A DNA stretch of 64,000 nucleotides from NCBI GenBank assembly GCA_964016885.1, contig OZ024741.1, forward strand, positions 315,456,001 through 315,520,000, read 5' to 3'. This document shows, in pieces, positions 1-13,322 of this stretch. Numbering within the stretch: the first letter of the stretch is position 1; each line of letters starts with the position of its first letter. The translations under genes were made by a program, and so were the position numbers. The notes below the pieces were generated by a model. The model was not told where the DNA came from and did not search any database. It saw nothing but the letters and a program-made list of their open reading frames with translations. This stretch comes from Eledone cirrhosa. Taxonomy: Eukaryota.

Positions 1-50
1 TGGTTGTGACTTGGTGATAACTCGTATAAACATAAAGCAAGATAAATGCA
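1..50 (+). mobile_element. 3' end of a Dong/R4-like family B element
   Basis: Near-identical to 25838-25890, the 3' UTR end of the family B copy; followed by (TAA)n at 51-77. Confidence 0.8.
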
Positions 51-83
51 AATAATAATAATAATAATAATAATAATAGTAAA

Positions 84-2666
84 ATGTACAAAACTAGGAG
101 GAAAAAGCTAAATATTATCATAGAGGAACTGAAGCAACGCATTGTAGCAAAGAGTGCAAAAATCAGGCGATACGAGACCAGAGTCAGTCAGTTTAGACAG
201 AACCGCAAGTATGACAACAACCAGAAAATGCTGTTTGGACAGCTGAAAGGGAAAGAAAGAGACAACGACTTGATCCCTGATGCGGAACAAACTAAAACAT
301 TCTGGAGAGGAATATGGGAGCAGGATGTTAAACATAATAACCAGGCAGTGTGGATTGAGACAGTACAGAAGGAGATTAGTGAAGAGGCACACCAACAAAC
401 TAATCTGAGTATCACAGTTGAAACTCTTAAGGGGCAGGCCAAAAAACTAACCAACTGGAGATCACCAGTCCCAGATGGTGTGCAGGGGTATTGGATTAAA
501 ATGATAACATCCCTCCACCCGAAACTGACAACCATGTTCAATGACTGCTTGATGTCAGGTGAGGTACCAGAGTGGTTGACAAAAGGTACCACAGTTCTGA
601 TAATGAAAGACCGAATCAAGGGTAATGATGTTACCAACTATAGACCTATCACATGTCTGTCCGTAATGTGGAAACTGTTGACAAGCATTATGTCTGAGGA
701 AATCTACCATCACCTCCACATAAACAACTTGTTACCGGACGAACAGAAAGGATGCCGAAAGAAGTCCCGTGGTACAAAGGACCAGTAACTTATTAATAAA
801 ATTGTAATGAGGAATTGCAAGAGGAGACACACTGGTCTTGCCATGGGATGGATAGTCTACAAAAAGGCATTTGACATGGTGCCTCATTCTTGGATCACCA
901 AAAGCCTAGAGATCTTCGAGGTGGCAGATAACATCAGACAGTTGTTGGGCAAAAGTATGAAGTCCTGGGAAACAGAGTTAACATCAGCTGGAGAATCCTT
1001 GGGAAGCGTGAAGATCAAGAGAGGTATCTTCCAGGGAGATAGTCTGTCCCCTCTGTTGTTTGTCCTTGCCCTGATGCCCCTGACCAGTATACTGCGAAAA
1101 GTGAGAGCAGGATACAGGTTGGGAAAGGGAGGGCTTACCATCAATCACCTCCTCTTCGAGGACGATCTTAAGCTCTTCGGGAAGAGTGAGAAGGAGTTCG
1201 ATATGCTTGTTGACACTGTCCGTATTTTCAGCAATGATATATGGATGCAATTTGGTATTAGTAATTGTGGAGTCTTTGTGATGAAGTGGGGTAAATTGAG
1301 CAGAAGTAACGGAATCCAGGTACCAACAGGTGAGATTATAAAGGAAATTGACACTGAAGAATGATACAAGTTTTAGAGTGTTCTGAAGGCTGATGACATC
1401 AAGAACAAAAAAAAAATGAAGGAATTTTAAAAACTGAAAACATTCGGAGAGTAAGGAGCGTATTAAAGTCACATCTGAACAGTAGGAATGCCATAAGAGC
1501 AGTAAATTCCCGAGCTGTGTCTATTATTAGGTACAGTGCGGGAATTCTGAAATGGAATGTTGCTGAACAAAAAGAAATGGATAGGAAGACTAGGAAGCTA
1601 TTGACTATCTACAACATGTTCCACAAGAGGAGTGATGTCGATAGACTCTACTTAAGGAGATCTGAAGGTGGAAGAGGTCTTATCAGCATAGAGGACTGTG
1701 TTCAGATGGAGAAAAACAACCTACACAAATACCTGACTGATAGTAAGGAGCCAATGCTCCGAACTGTACTGAAGGAGAGGACAATAGACCAGGGGATGTC
1801 CAAGGAGGAAATAACAACAAGGAGAAAGAGCTGCCTTCAGGAAAAATCACTTCATAGTACCTTCTTTGAGAAAACTGAATTCAGAGATCCACAGACATGG
1901 AACTGGTTGAAAAGAGGAGACCTTAAAAAGGCTAAAGAAGAAATGTTAATGGCTGCGCAGGAGCAGGCCCTCAAACCGAAGTGGTTGAAACACCACATTT
2001 ACAAGGAGGATGCTAGCCCACTGTGCAGGATCTGTGGAGAGAGGAGACTGTGGCTCACATTGTATCCGAGTGTAAACACCTAGCCTAGACTCACTATAAG
2101 GGCTGGAGACATGATGTGATGGGCAGGGTGATCCACTGGCACCTATGCAATGTAAACAATTTACCACATTCTGAGAAGTGGCATGAGCATAAGCCAGAGG
2201 CGGTGATAGAAAACGATCAGGTGAAGGTGCTGTGGGATTTTAGGATACAGACGGACAAGAAACTGGAACACAATAGACCTGACCTGGTGGTTTTGGACAA
2301 AGACAAAAGATCGTGCCTGATTGTTGATGTGGCCTGCCCATTCGACACGAGAGTGCAAGAGAAGGAGAGGGAGAACATTAACCGATACCAGGACTTAAAG
2401 TGGGAGGTAAAAAGGATTTGGAACTGCCATGAAGTCAAAGTGGTCCCGATTGTCATAGGCGCACTAGGTACTATCTCAAAAAGTTTCCAGGGATGGTTAA
2501 AGAAATTTGGCCCCTTCACGCTCTTTGGAACGCTTCAAAAGGCATGCTTGCTGGGAACAGCAAGAACCCTCCGATACGTCCTGAATATCTGAGGCTGCAG
2601 GTAGTGACTTGATATTCATTTCAACATACTTTCCAGTTAACTAACATCAATGACTGAGACTCAAAG
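84..2666 (+). mobile_element. 5'-truncated, disrupted R4/Dong-like non-LTR retrotransposon (family A), RT plus RLE
   Basis: ORF fragments carry NYRPITCL, QGDSLSPLLF, LFEDDLKL, CRICG and RPDLVV..D(V)ACP; contains stops and frameshifts; (TAA)n on both sides (51-77, 2667-2711). Confidence 0.92.
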
Positions 2667-2714
<48 letters not shown>

Positions 2715-3791
2715 GATGCTGCTGCTGCTGCTGCTGCTGCTCCTGCTGCTGCTGCTGCTTGTACTACTACTACTATGTTGGCTACTATTTACCTGCAATG
2801 TTGGTGTTATCGCTTTGACAGTTTTTCTGCTAGGTGGGGATTGTTAACTTCATCTTCCCCCTCCACTGCCATCAAAGGCTGGCCATCATGTAACACCCCA
2901 CTGTTAAAGAATTTACAGCTGACCAGAAACCAGAGTGAGTGTACAATTTGATACCTCGGCGTCATTAACTACTATACAATATATCTCATAACTCTAGCTA
3001 CTATATAATATATAAAAAATAGGTTAAGAAGATGTAAGCGTGCAACTATCTTCACTTAATGGCTAGGTATTATTTACGCCCTTTCTGGTGATGCTGTGCG
3101 GTTGTTTTTACTAATTCATATGTCAGCAGGGCTTTGAGGGAAGAAAACTAATAACACGCCCGTAGCATATTGCTGAATGGAAACTTCATGAGTAATTTAT
3201 ATTTTTGGTCATATATTTTTTTTCATGTAATTTGTATTCATGTAAACTTCTGCTTACGTAAGAGCTGTCTGATGAGGTCGTAACTATTACATAACAGTTA
3301 CCTTCAAACTACTTATATCAGCGATTAAGTAACAAGTAAATGTAAATTCTAACCTACTGACGTCTAATTCATAGCATTTTAAAATTCATAGCTAAAGGGC
3401 TTTCAAAATGTTTATTCGTAAACATTACGTATATCATAAGACATAAATAATTCACAAACTTATATTTATACAGTTATGTCGTAGAGAATAATTTAATTCT
3501 ATTTTCAGGTTGAGCTGGCCTGATAGCTCCATATGCAAATAAGGCTAATCATACCATGTACATAGGCGAAAAAACTATATATTTTCGCCAGTATCATATA
3601 CCAGCAGAGAGCAGGGTGTATGAAGCACTGTCCCGATGACGTCCATAAGCCAGAAAGGCGTCGTCAGTTATCCTCTACTGCTTCTGGTGGAATCCGCTAG
3701 ATGGCACTAGCCATCAGCTTTCAAAATTCATAGCTAAATTTATTTCAAAATGCTTGTTTGTAAACATTCAGTATATCATTAAATATACAAA

Positions 3792-3871
<80 letters not shown>

Positions 3872-3914
3872 TTGTGTGTGTGTGTGTGTGTTTGTTGTCA
3901 TTTGTTCTTGACAG

Positions 3915-4058
3915 GTTGTGGAAAAATGCATTACGGAGAGCAGTGTAATAAGTTGTGCCATTGTGAACCTAAAGGATTTTGTCATCAAATGTCAGGTGCT
4001 TGTCCAAAAAGATGTGAGAAAGGATATTTCGGTTCGGATTGTCAAGAAAAAAAATTCA
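3915..4058 (+). CDS. Host gene exon, EGF-like repeat (GCGKMHYGEQCNKLCHC...CEKGYFGSDCQ)
   Basis: ttgacag| acceptor, |gtaagt donor, 144 nt, phase 1-1, MEGF/SREC-type cysteine spacing. Confidence 0.85.
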
Positions 4059-4163
4059 GTAAGTACATTTTGTGATGACAACTTCACTATTTACCATAAA
4101 ATATGTAATTCCTTACTTAATTATGCATTTTCTGTACAGAAAGCATACCTGAGGAATGTTTGC

Positions 4164-4525
4164 ATTGGCAGTATCGGTAGACGGTCGAACGCCATGCTTT
4201 TCAGCAAAGAGTTACGGCTCTTTATGATCTAAGTTCAAATCCCGCCCAGGTTAACTTTGCCTTTCATCCTTACGGCGTTGATAAAATAAAGTACCAGTCA
4301 CGCACTGCGGTAGATTTAATCGACTTTCACCTCCCTCAAAATTGCTGGCCTAGTGCCTATATAAGAAACCATTATTTGACTAATAGAGTTATGGCCCTTT
4401 ACGTTCTGAGTTCAAATCCCGCCGAGGTTAACTTTGCCTTTCATCCTTACGGGGTCGATAAAATAAAGTACCAGTAATGTTCTGGGATAATTGCTGGCCT
4501 TGTGCGAAAAGTAGAAACAACTATT
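4164..4525 (+). mobile_element. Two tandem tRNA-derived SINEs (second one 5'-truncated)
   Basis: A box TGGCAGTATCGG, B box GTTCAAATCC, conserved core GCCTTTCATCCTTACGGGGTCGATAAAATAAAGTACCAG (Deu/Nin-domain-like) repeated through the window. Confidence 0.8.
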
Positions 4526-4706
4526 TGACTAAAGACTGTATGTGACTACCTTTCCCTGATGAGGCATAATTATAAAATTAAAACATGTCTGCAATTGTCA
4601 TCGAACTAATCAACGTTCAGACTGACACACAATTTCATTAAACACAATCAATAAAAAACATTATTTGAGTATTTGTTTAGCTTTTCTGCATTCTGAGTTC
4701 AACTCT

Positions 4707-4792
4707 CACCGTCGTCCAGTTATAACTGGTCATTGGCACCGTAGTCCAGTTATAACTGGTCATTGGCACCGTAGTCCATTTATAACTGGTCA
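4707..4792. repeat. 30-bp tandem repeat (~2.9 copies) containing the palindrome CCAGTTATAACTGG
   Basis: caccgt(c/a)gtccagttataactggtcattgg repeated directly. Confidence 0.85.
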
Positions 4793-5048
4793 AAGTTTCT
4801 CTAAACTAGCCATGAAATCACCCACCAACACATCAAACAAACTGCCTATGAAACTACCCAAGTGCCCATTAAACAACCATCAAAATCACCAATCTAATCA
4901 ACCAACAAACTATCCCCCAAAACCACCCACCAAACTACTTATGAAACTAGCAACTAAACCAGCCACAAAGCACACACCACAGAGCCTATGAAAACTTCAC
5001 ATCAGATCACGCACCAAATATTATGTTGTATGCCTCTACTTTTTTTAG

Positions 5049-5309
5049 CGAACATTGCCTGGAATAGAGAAACGATACAAATATCTTCCCTTGGAAAAAC
5101 CCCAACGCTTGTGTTCACCTCCAATGGTACATGTGAGGAACAAGTTTCACCTATGAGATCTAGCTTCGCTGTAGATGGAAATAGGGATCCTGAACTGCTG
5201 CACAGTTCATGCTCTGCTTCAAACAACATTTTGTCAAATTCGTGGCTAATTAGACTTGACAAAGTATACAACGTATCTCAAATAAATATTTACACCAGAA
5301 ACACTAAAA
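5049..5309 (+). CDS. Host gene exon, N-terminal half of an F-type lectin/F5-8-like domain
   Basis: ttttttag| acceptor, |gtaagt donor, 261 nt, phase 1-1; NIAWNRETIQIS...AVDGN...CS...WLIRLDKVYNVSQINIYTR. Confidence 0.85.
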
Positions 5310-5774
5310 GTAAGTTCTGATTTAATTCCTACATTGTTTAAGTAGTTGTTGAACATATTGATACTGGCGTTGATGCTAATGTTGTTAATGTTGATATATT
5401 ATAAAAGATATTCAAGCAATGACCATGCCGACTTTTTTCAGAGACAGTATAATATAAAACATAATATACAAAATGCATTTTTAAGAAATACGATTTTGTT
5501 TATAGAATTCACGGCTGCTATTTCTAGCAAGTCATGACACCAGGCTGAAAATGTCACTTTAGCTCAAAATGACGTGTGTTAAATAAACCAACATCAATTT
5601 TTCTACAAAGCAATTTTTACCTAATTTCTAAAACATTATATTTTCACGTACACACACACATACACACATACACGCACTTGCACACACACACATATGCACA
5701 AGAATGTACAGGCGTACATATAGAAACAGGCATATTTTCCGATAACCTCTTGATGATTCGATGAAAGCTAATTA

Positions 5775-5985
5775 GGCTTTGGTAGAATGATTATAGACTT
5801 GGAGAATATACTTTTAGTTATAAAGTTACAGTCCTTTAGGTTCTGAGTTCAAATCCCGCCGAGGTCAACTTTATATTATAGTGTTCCGGGTCTGTAATAT
5901 AAAGTATCCTTTAAGAACTGGGGTTGATGTAATTGATATACACCTCCGAAATTGCTCAGTCTTGGGCATAAAATAGTAATCATTA
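5775..5985 (+). mobile_element. Degraded tRNA-derived SINE
   Basis: CTGAGTTCAAATCCCGCCGAGGTCAACTTT and a diverged core. Confidence 0.6.
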
Positions 5986-6129
5986 TCATCATCTTCATCA
6001 TTATGACCATCACCGTCATCATCCTGATAATCATCGACAGCATGTTGATCATCATCGTCCTCATCATCATGTTCTTCATATTCAGACTGATCTTCTATCG
6101 TCAAAATGACTGCATGCATGGGTCATAAA

Positions 6130-8300
6130 TTCAGGTTTTTCTTCCTCTTTGTTGTTACTTCTTTCTTGGACATACCCTGGACTATTATTTTCTTCTTCAA
6201 TGCAGCCTTAAGCATTGGCGCATTACTCAAAGGCACATATTTGGGTAAACAGCTCTTCACTATCTGAACACAGTCCTCCACGCTAAGACCTCTTCAACAT
6301 TCAGATCCCTTTAATCACAATCTATCAACTTCACCCTTCTTATGAAACATACTGTAGGTAGTCATTAATTTCCTTCTCCCTTTATCCAGTTCTTTTTGTA
6401 CTTTTCTATTCCATTTAAGAATTCCCGCACTCTACCTAACAATAGACAGAGCTCGAACATTTAATGCACTTATGGCATTTCTACTATTCAAATGTGATTT
6501 AGTATGTTCCTTACTCTCCTTATGTATTCAGATCTTATCATCCCTTTCATTTTATTGTCGTTGATATTATCTGTCTCCAAAACACCCAAATACCTATATT
6601 CCTGTTCGGTGCCAATCTCCTTTATCCTTTCACCCATTGCTACCTTGGCACCTTTGCTTATCTTCAATTTAACCCTTCTTATTTCTAAGACTCCACACTT
6701 ATTAACACCAAATTCCATACATATATCATTGCAGAAAATACGGACACTGTTAACAAGTACATTCAACTCTTTCTCGCTCTACCCGAAGAGTTGTAGGTTG
6801 TCCAGAAAGAAGAAGTGGTTGATGATAAGCTCTGCTCTTTCCAGTTTGTATTCTGTCTTCACTCATCGTAATACGAGGGACGAGTGCAATAAAGGAGATA
6901 GACAAACAATAAAGGAGATAGACTATCTTCTTGGAATATTTCACCCTTGATTTTCACTTCTCCCAAGGATTCTTCCCTGACGCTAACTCCATCTCCCAGG
7001 TTTGATTGTCCATGAATGAGGAACCATTTCGAATGCCATCATGTAACTTATCCATCCCATGGGAAGACCAGCATGCCTCCTCTTACAGTTCCTTATTATC
7101 ATCTTGTCAATAAGCAACTGGTCTTTTGTCCCACGGGACTACTTTCGGCACCCTTTCTGTTCATCCGGCAATGTTGTATATGTCGAGGTGGTAGTAAATT
7201 TTCTCAGACATAATGCCTGTTAGCAATTTCCACATAAAGGGCTGACATGTAATAGGCCTATCGTTGGTAACGTCATTTCCCTTGGCTTGGGCTTTCATTA
7301 TTAGGACCGTGGTACCTTTTGTCAACGACTGCAGTACTTCACCAGACACCAAGCAGTCATTGAACATAGCGGTCAGTATCGGGTGCAGAGATGTTATATT
7401 TTTCGTCCAATATCATTGCACACCATCCGGGCCTGGTGATTTCCAGTTGGTTAATTTCTTGGCTTGCTTTTTAATGGTTTCAACCGAGATTCTTAAATCA
7501 AGTTTTTGGCGTGCTTGTTCCTTAACCTCCTTTTTAACATTCCCGATCCACTCTGCCCGACTATTATGCTCACCATCCTGCTCCCATATCTCTCTTCAGA
7601 ATGCATTAGTCTGTTCAGCCTCAGGGATAGAATTGTTACTTCATTCATTCCCTTCAAGCTGTTCAACTAACATGTTCTGGTTGTTATTGAACACGGGGCT
7701 TAGTGTAAAATGGCTAATTCTGCTCTCATATCTTTTGGTTTTTGCACTTTTGGCTATGATACGTTGTTTTAGTTCCTCTATTACAACATTTAGCCTTTTA
7801 GCTTTTGTTTTGTATTTCTTTGTCAATCTATCCTTAGTATTATTGTTTGTAATGTCCCGTTTAATAAACACTCAAGTTTCCCGTGTCCCTCTTTATTTCT
7901 TTCATTTGTCCATTCCGCCACTCTTCCACCATAGTTCTGTCCTTTCTCATCTGCTTTCCCTCATCTTGATGCCATTCAAGTTTTTCAACACATTTGCAGC
8001 TGCTTTGAGGATGTTGTTGCATTGATGAAGTTTCGTCGCCTCAAGGTATGGGACGACCATCTTTACCTTAGCTATCATTTCTTTAAACTTTTTTTCTCTA
8101 CAAATCTTAGGTTTATAGGTTTTCCACTACCACCCAAGATTAAATTCAGAATATCGAGAAAATATTGCCCTAGCCCGTCAGTATTCATTTTCGTAATGGC
8201 TGTATCTTTATTCAGATGCTATTTATTTCAACAATTAGATCATTGTCTTCTTCAATTACTTTCTGCACGAGGTGATTGCTTTGACTCGTACTGCTCACGT
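6130..8300 (-). mobile_element. Old, degraded Dong/R4-like family A-related element
   Basis: Fragments such as IEELKQRIIAKSAK, KGNDVTNDRPITC and YRYLGVLE..RSEYIRRVR, with internal deletions. Confidence 0.85.
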
Positions 8301-8550
8301 ATTGAGAAGAGCAATATCTCTCTAAGATTGATATCCCTCCTTGTATTTACATATGCATATGCACATGTGTATATATATGTATACTGTTTTTTTTTTTGTT
8401 TGTCTTTTTAATAATAATCAATGTGCTGTATTAACTGGCTTACCAATGCACACTGAATTTATTTGCCCTAGGTGTCAGGAAGACACTCGGCATATATCTC
8501 AGAAACAATAATGAAAGAAAATAAAAATAATAATAATAATAATAATAATA

Positions 8551-11500
8551 AGGCTTTCTTTATTAACCACAAGGGTTTACACAAAGTAAGACATTATGGA
8601 CAGTACAGGACAATACAGGTCGGTACAAATGGGCATTTCTGCGTGTAAAAGACAAAAACAGAGGATGTAACAAAAAAAAAAAATTGAAAACTTCCCCAAT
8701 ATGGGGGAGACTTCCGAGGACCAGCGTGAACAAAACCCATTAAAAACTCCACGGTGACCTTGACCACCAGGGCAAGTGCCCTCTCCCAATTTTCCACCTT
8801 CAATTTACAGGCACATACTCAGAGTAGGCCCATTCACACGGGCCATTCTTGCCTCTCTCACCCATCTTTCAACAAAATGCTGGGAAGAGAGCACTTCCCT
8901 CTCTAAACTGATTTTTCTTTTCAAATCAAATTTGAAAAAGTTAATCAGGGCATCACCGATGAGGTAAGTGCTCGTCTTCAGCCCTTTCAAACGCGTCCAC
9001 CATACTATCTCTTTCGTCATGGCCACCAAACAGATAAAAGCTGCCTGCCCTTCTTGGCTAAAGGAAGACGGCGTGGCAATCCTTACGATGGACTCAGCTG
9101 ATAGCCGGATCCGTCTTACACGCGATAGCAGATGCTCGGAGACTGGACGCGTCCATGAAGGAGGGTTTCGTCGCCCTGTGCGCATCTCGGAAATGCCCGG
9201 CTGACGGCACCTCCATGCCTGTTCAGCAATCCAGCCTCTGAAGACGGGCCCAAAGCCAGCCGCCCTCAGGACTGCCGCCAGATAACGATGGTCGACCCTA
9301 TCGGAAGCTTTCATCTGATCTAAATTGATCAAGGACCCACCCGTCCCAGGTTCCCTAGCCACCCTCTCCACGATGTATCGCATGAGGTGGAGGTTGTCGT
9401 GGATGGATCTGTCGGGAATGGCGCATGTCTGCGCCTCTCCCACCAGACCACCAACGACAAGCGCCAACCTCTTTGCTAGCACCTTGGCCAAAATCTTGAA
9501 CTCTGTGTTTAGCAGAGTTATGGGCCTGAAATTATCTATGTTATCCCCCTTGTTCGGATCCTTTCTCAGCAGCGCCACCGCTCCTCGGCTCACAGAGCTG
9601 TGAATTCTGCCGTTGCCAATTGCAGTAGACGTCTGCCAAGAGGCCTCCGAACAAGTCTGGCATCTGTACGTAAAGTTCATAGGGCAGACTATCCAAACCA
9701 GACGATTTACCCCTTGTGCAGCCAGTCATTGCCTCCCGTACTTCAGCGGATGTTATGGGCTTTTCGCAACACTCCGCCTCAGTGGCCGAGAGCCGCGGCA
9801 GTCCGTCGAGGTAGGTACTAAAGTTTACCCTCTATCCGGCACGCCGCTACCCCAGAACAGCTGAGCGAAGTGTCGCTGAAAAGCTTCACATATTTGTCTG
9901 GGATCGAGTAGCATGCGGCCGTCGTGGTCCACCAAAGACTTGATCGTGGTTTTGTGGCCACGACGCGCCTCCGCCACTCGGGCCCATTGAACGGCTTTCG
10001 TCCTCTATGTCTGACAACGCAGCCTTCGTGCTTTGCATTGAAGAATTGGTCAAGGGCCAATTTCGCCGCAAGTACGTCGGTCGCGATGCCTTTGCTAAGC
10101 GCCTCGTCTAATTTTCTAATTAGTTCTCCCTCTGCTCTATTTTTCTCTATTGCTAAAGACTTGCTAAACCTAATGGACTCTATTCTAATCGCTCTTTTCA
10201 GAGCAAACCACCATCTGTTGTTGACAATGGCTCCGGTCAATGCCCGCTTAACAAGTTCACTTATCCGGTCTGTGTAGCCCTTACGCGCTGTTAATGGCGC
10301 GTTTAGCTTCCAGTAGCCGGGTCCCTGTCTATGAAGCTTATCTAAGTCAACCTCACAGATCACGAATGTGTGGGCCGTGTAGTCCACTATTTTGAAATGT
10401 GGACAGCCTATGCTAGAACTATCTATTTCCCTACAAAATACTCTATCTAGATATGATCTGGATGACCCGATACGGTTTGTCCATGTCCACATTGGTACAT
10501 GCGGGAAATCCAATCGGTACCTGTCAGACAGTTGAAACCATCTGAGAAGGTTTGCGAGGCTTTTACACCCTCCTGCCCTATCCGCTAATCCCATACAGTC
10601 CCATCGTGCATCTAAGATCCCGTTCCAGTCGCCCACTAACACTAAAGAGCGGGACGTTCCAAGAAAGGTCTCCAGACGCCGGAAGAAATCAGGCCGCCCT
10701 GCTCCTGTCGGGACAAAAACGGCCACTAGACAGAAAGCTTGCCCGTCTCCGCTGGTCACGTCCAGCACCACCAACTTACCTTCTGGGTCCAGGAAGATGG
10801 CCCGTATGGCGAGATCCAAACCTCTCCGAAAAGCACAGCAACTCCTCCCCTCGATCCAGAACGTCTGGGAGATGCGTACACATCGTAGCCGCCGAAGATC
10901 GGTGCGAAGGTCCCTACTTCAGAGATTCTGGTCTCGCTGATGGCCACCACATCTATGTTTAGTGACTTGAGCTCGTTGAGCAGGTGGCCCTGCTTCCACA
11001 ACGACCCCAGCCCACGCGCAATTATGCTGCCTATTCTGAGTGAGATCATGTTGAAAAGGAGTGGAAAAAGATGGGAAAGACCACTTACCTCACATCTGAT
11101 AGGGGGCAGATGGTTTTTCCATCCTTCTCACTGCTTTTGGCGTCCTCCGGAAGGATGTCCTTATAAATCCTCCTGGAGAGTGTTTGTCGGAAGTCTCCGA
11201 TGTCCTTGGGGAATTTTTGTTTTAGTGTCGTGTACGTTTTCTGTGTGATGCGAGTGATTTGTATGTGTGGAGGTGGTGTGAATTTTGGGGTTGCTGTGTA
11301 GCCTTTTTCTGTGAGGCTGGTGTTGTGTTGGATGTAGTGTAACAATTGGTTGTTGTTCGAATTTAATGCTGTGTAGTGTGTATCGTTTTGGTTGTTTTGT
11401 CTTGTTTGCGTTTGTTGTGGGTTTGTTTCTGTTTCGCTTTTTGGTGACTTTTGTGGTGTAAGTGATGGTGGTGTTGGGGTTAATGATGGTGATGGTGTTG

Positions 11501-13267
11501 GTGTTTGTGGTGATGGGGTTAGTGATGCTGGTGTGGATGGTAGCATAGCTATCTTAACTTTTTTGTTTGTTTGTTTATTTGTTTCCCCCTGCATTTTGTT
11601 TTTGGAAGGGGAAGGAAGAGGATTTTCTTCTTTTTTTTTGGGGGGGGGGCTCTTTTTCGTCTTTTTCTTTTTTCCTGATACAGTTTCCCACTCCTCGTCG
11701 TCACAATCTGTCTCCAGTTGCGATAGGTCGGTGAGTGGAAAATCCTCCACAGGCGTTGGTCTTGGTTGTGGCGTGGTGGATGGTGGGGGCGATGGTGCTA
11801 ATTCTGGCGCGGTGGGTGGTGGTGTTGATGTTGCTACTGTTGCTGGGGTTGTTGCTGCTACAGTTGTTGATGCTATTTCTGCTGCTGGTGGTGTTGATGG
11901 TTGAGTCACTGGGGTGGATAAGAGAGGTGGCCTCAACTTTTTAGCCTGAGGGCAGAAAGCCTGTAGGTGGGTTCCTTCACCACTAATGACACAATTAGGC
12001 ATTCTAGCCTCAACGATTACGGTGAGGTGGCTGCAGTCATTGAGGTCTATCACATCTAGAATTTCCTCAGTGTATTTTTGGTCCGCTTGGATCAGGAGCT
12101 CTATCCAAGATCCGGACCAGTTCTCCTGCTTTTCTTTTGTTACTTCAATTATTTTCGTATTGGCCTCGATGCCGGTAAGGACGGCAGCCATTAGCCAGGG
12201 AATTTCGATGGCCGGTGGAACGTGGGTCACCCTGATCTTCACGAGTCTCTGACCACAATAGCTTGGGACGAGTGTGAAGTCGTCACTTCTTAATGGGTCA
12301 TGGAGTGTTCTCTGGCTTCCTGTGGTGTTCCAAAGAACACGTCCACGGTTCCATATTTCTGCCCATGTCTGATGTGGTGTTTTTTCGGCCACACACATCC
12401 CAAAGCTTTTTTGTATTTGGGATTCGGATGCCCGATCCACTCGGCGTGATTTTGTGTTTATCGTCCGATATGATACGGTGCATAGGCGCCGATGCTCCAT
12501 TTTATTAGGTGGGGAGGGGTCTGACCCTGTACCCAACTTGTTTTACCATTCGCTTGGCTTCATTTAATTCCTCCTGGCTTACCTCGATTGTTTCGCTTTT
12601 CTTGGCTGCTTTGGCAAAAGACATATTTTATTTTGCGCTGGTGTTAATACTGTTGTTGTTATTCTCATTGTTGTTGTTATTGTTATTTTTAGTTTCAGTT
12701 GTGATGAAAGTGGTGGTGGTGTCAGTGGTGTTCGGCGTGGAAGAGTCGATTCTGGGTGAATCCATTTCGATATCACGAGATAATAATTTATTTTTTGGGG
12801 TTTCTGTTGTCGCTGTGGTGGTGGTGGTATCAGTGGTGTTCGTTGTTCTTTTTGACATTGTGGTGGTGGGGGTGACGGCTTTAACACCTGCAGTTATTGG
12901 TAATGGCGGGAAATCCATGTCTTTATGCGGCAAATCTAAATAATTGAGACTGCTATTAATTATATGTTCAGTGTTGGCCACCCTGGCAAGGGTTACAATG
13001 GTGTTGGTGTTGGTGGTGGTGGGGAGGGGGTGTTGGTCTGTTAAAAACAGTAAATTTGTCGTCCAAGTTTTTTTTTAAAGATATATATTGTTTGATAAAT
13101 ACAAAGTTTAAGTTTTGGGCGCAAGGCCCCAATAGTTTTTGTCTCCTTTTCAGAAAGCAATATATGTGAACTTATAAACACTTAACAACAAAAATGTTCC
13201 ATAACTGGCAATTTGAAACAACTGAAAAGCGGAGCTCACGATAATACGATTTCCTACGTAGGTCGCC
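8551..13267 (-). mobile_element. Tx1/L1-like APE non-LTR retrotransposon, copy 1 (5' end retained; ORF1 plus internally deleted ORF2)
   Basis: ORF1 11085-12981 with a degenerate CCHC knuckle; ORF2 APE motifs (SETR, GDWN, SRSYLDR, GPGYWKLN) and RT motif (NFRPITLLNTEFKILAK); AATAAA near the 3' end; (AAT)n at both ends. Confidence 0.92.

Positions 13268-13320
<53 letters not shown>

Positions 13321-13322
<2 letters not shown>

Noticed and set aside
2650-2847. Poly-Ile/Leu ORF resembling a membrane or signal peptide (similar ones at 21580, 40558, 43618, 63360)
   Set aside because: Translations of (TAA)n, (CTG)n or (TTC)n microsatellites
4164-4250. tRNA gene (A and B boxes)
   Set aside because: Box spacing and the downstream conserved core show a SINE head; no cloverleaf
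4555-4610. CTGATGA hammerhead-like start (also at ~59021)
   Set aside because: No GAAA, UH or stem I in the required positions
4707-4792. Palindromic 30-bp repeats resembling a CRISPR array
   Set aside because: No unique spacers, no cas genes, eukaryotic context; a plain tandem repeat
7264-8025. Long antisense ORFs recurring in Dong and Tx1 copies
   Set aside because: Shadow frames opposite RT coding sequence; they recur only because the elements are repeated
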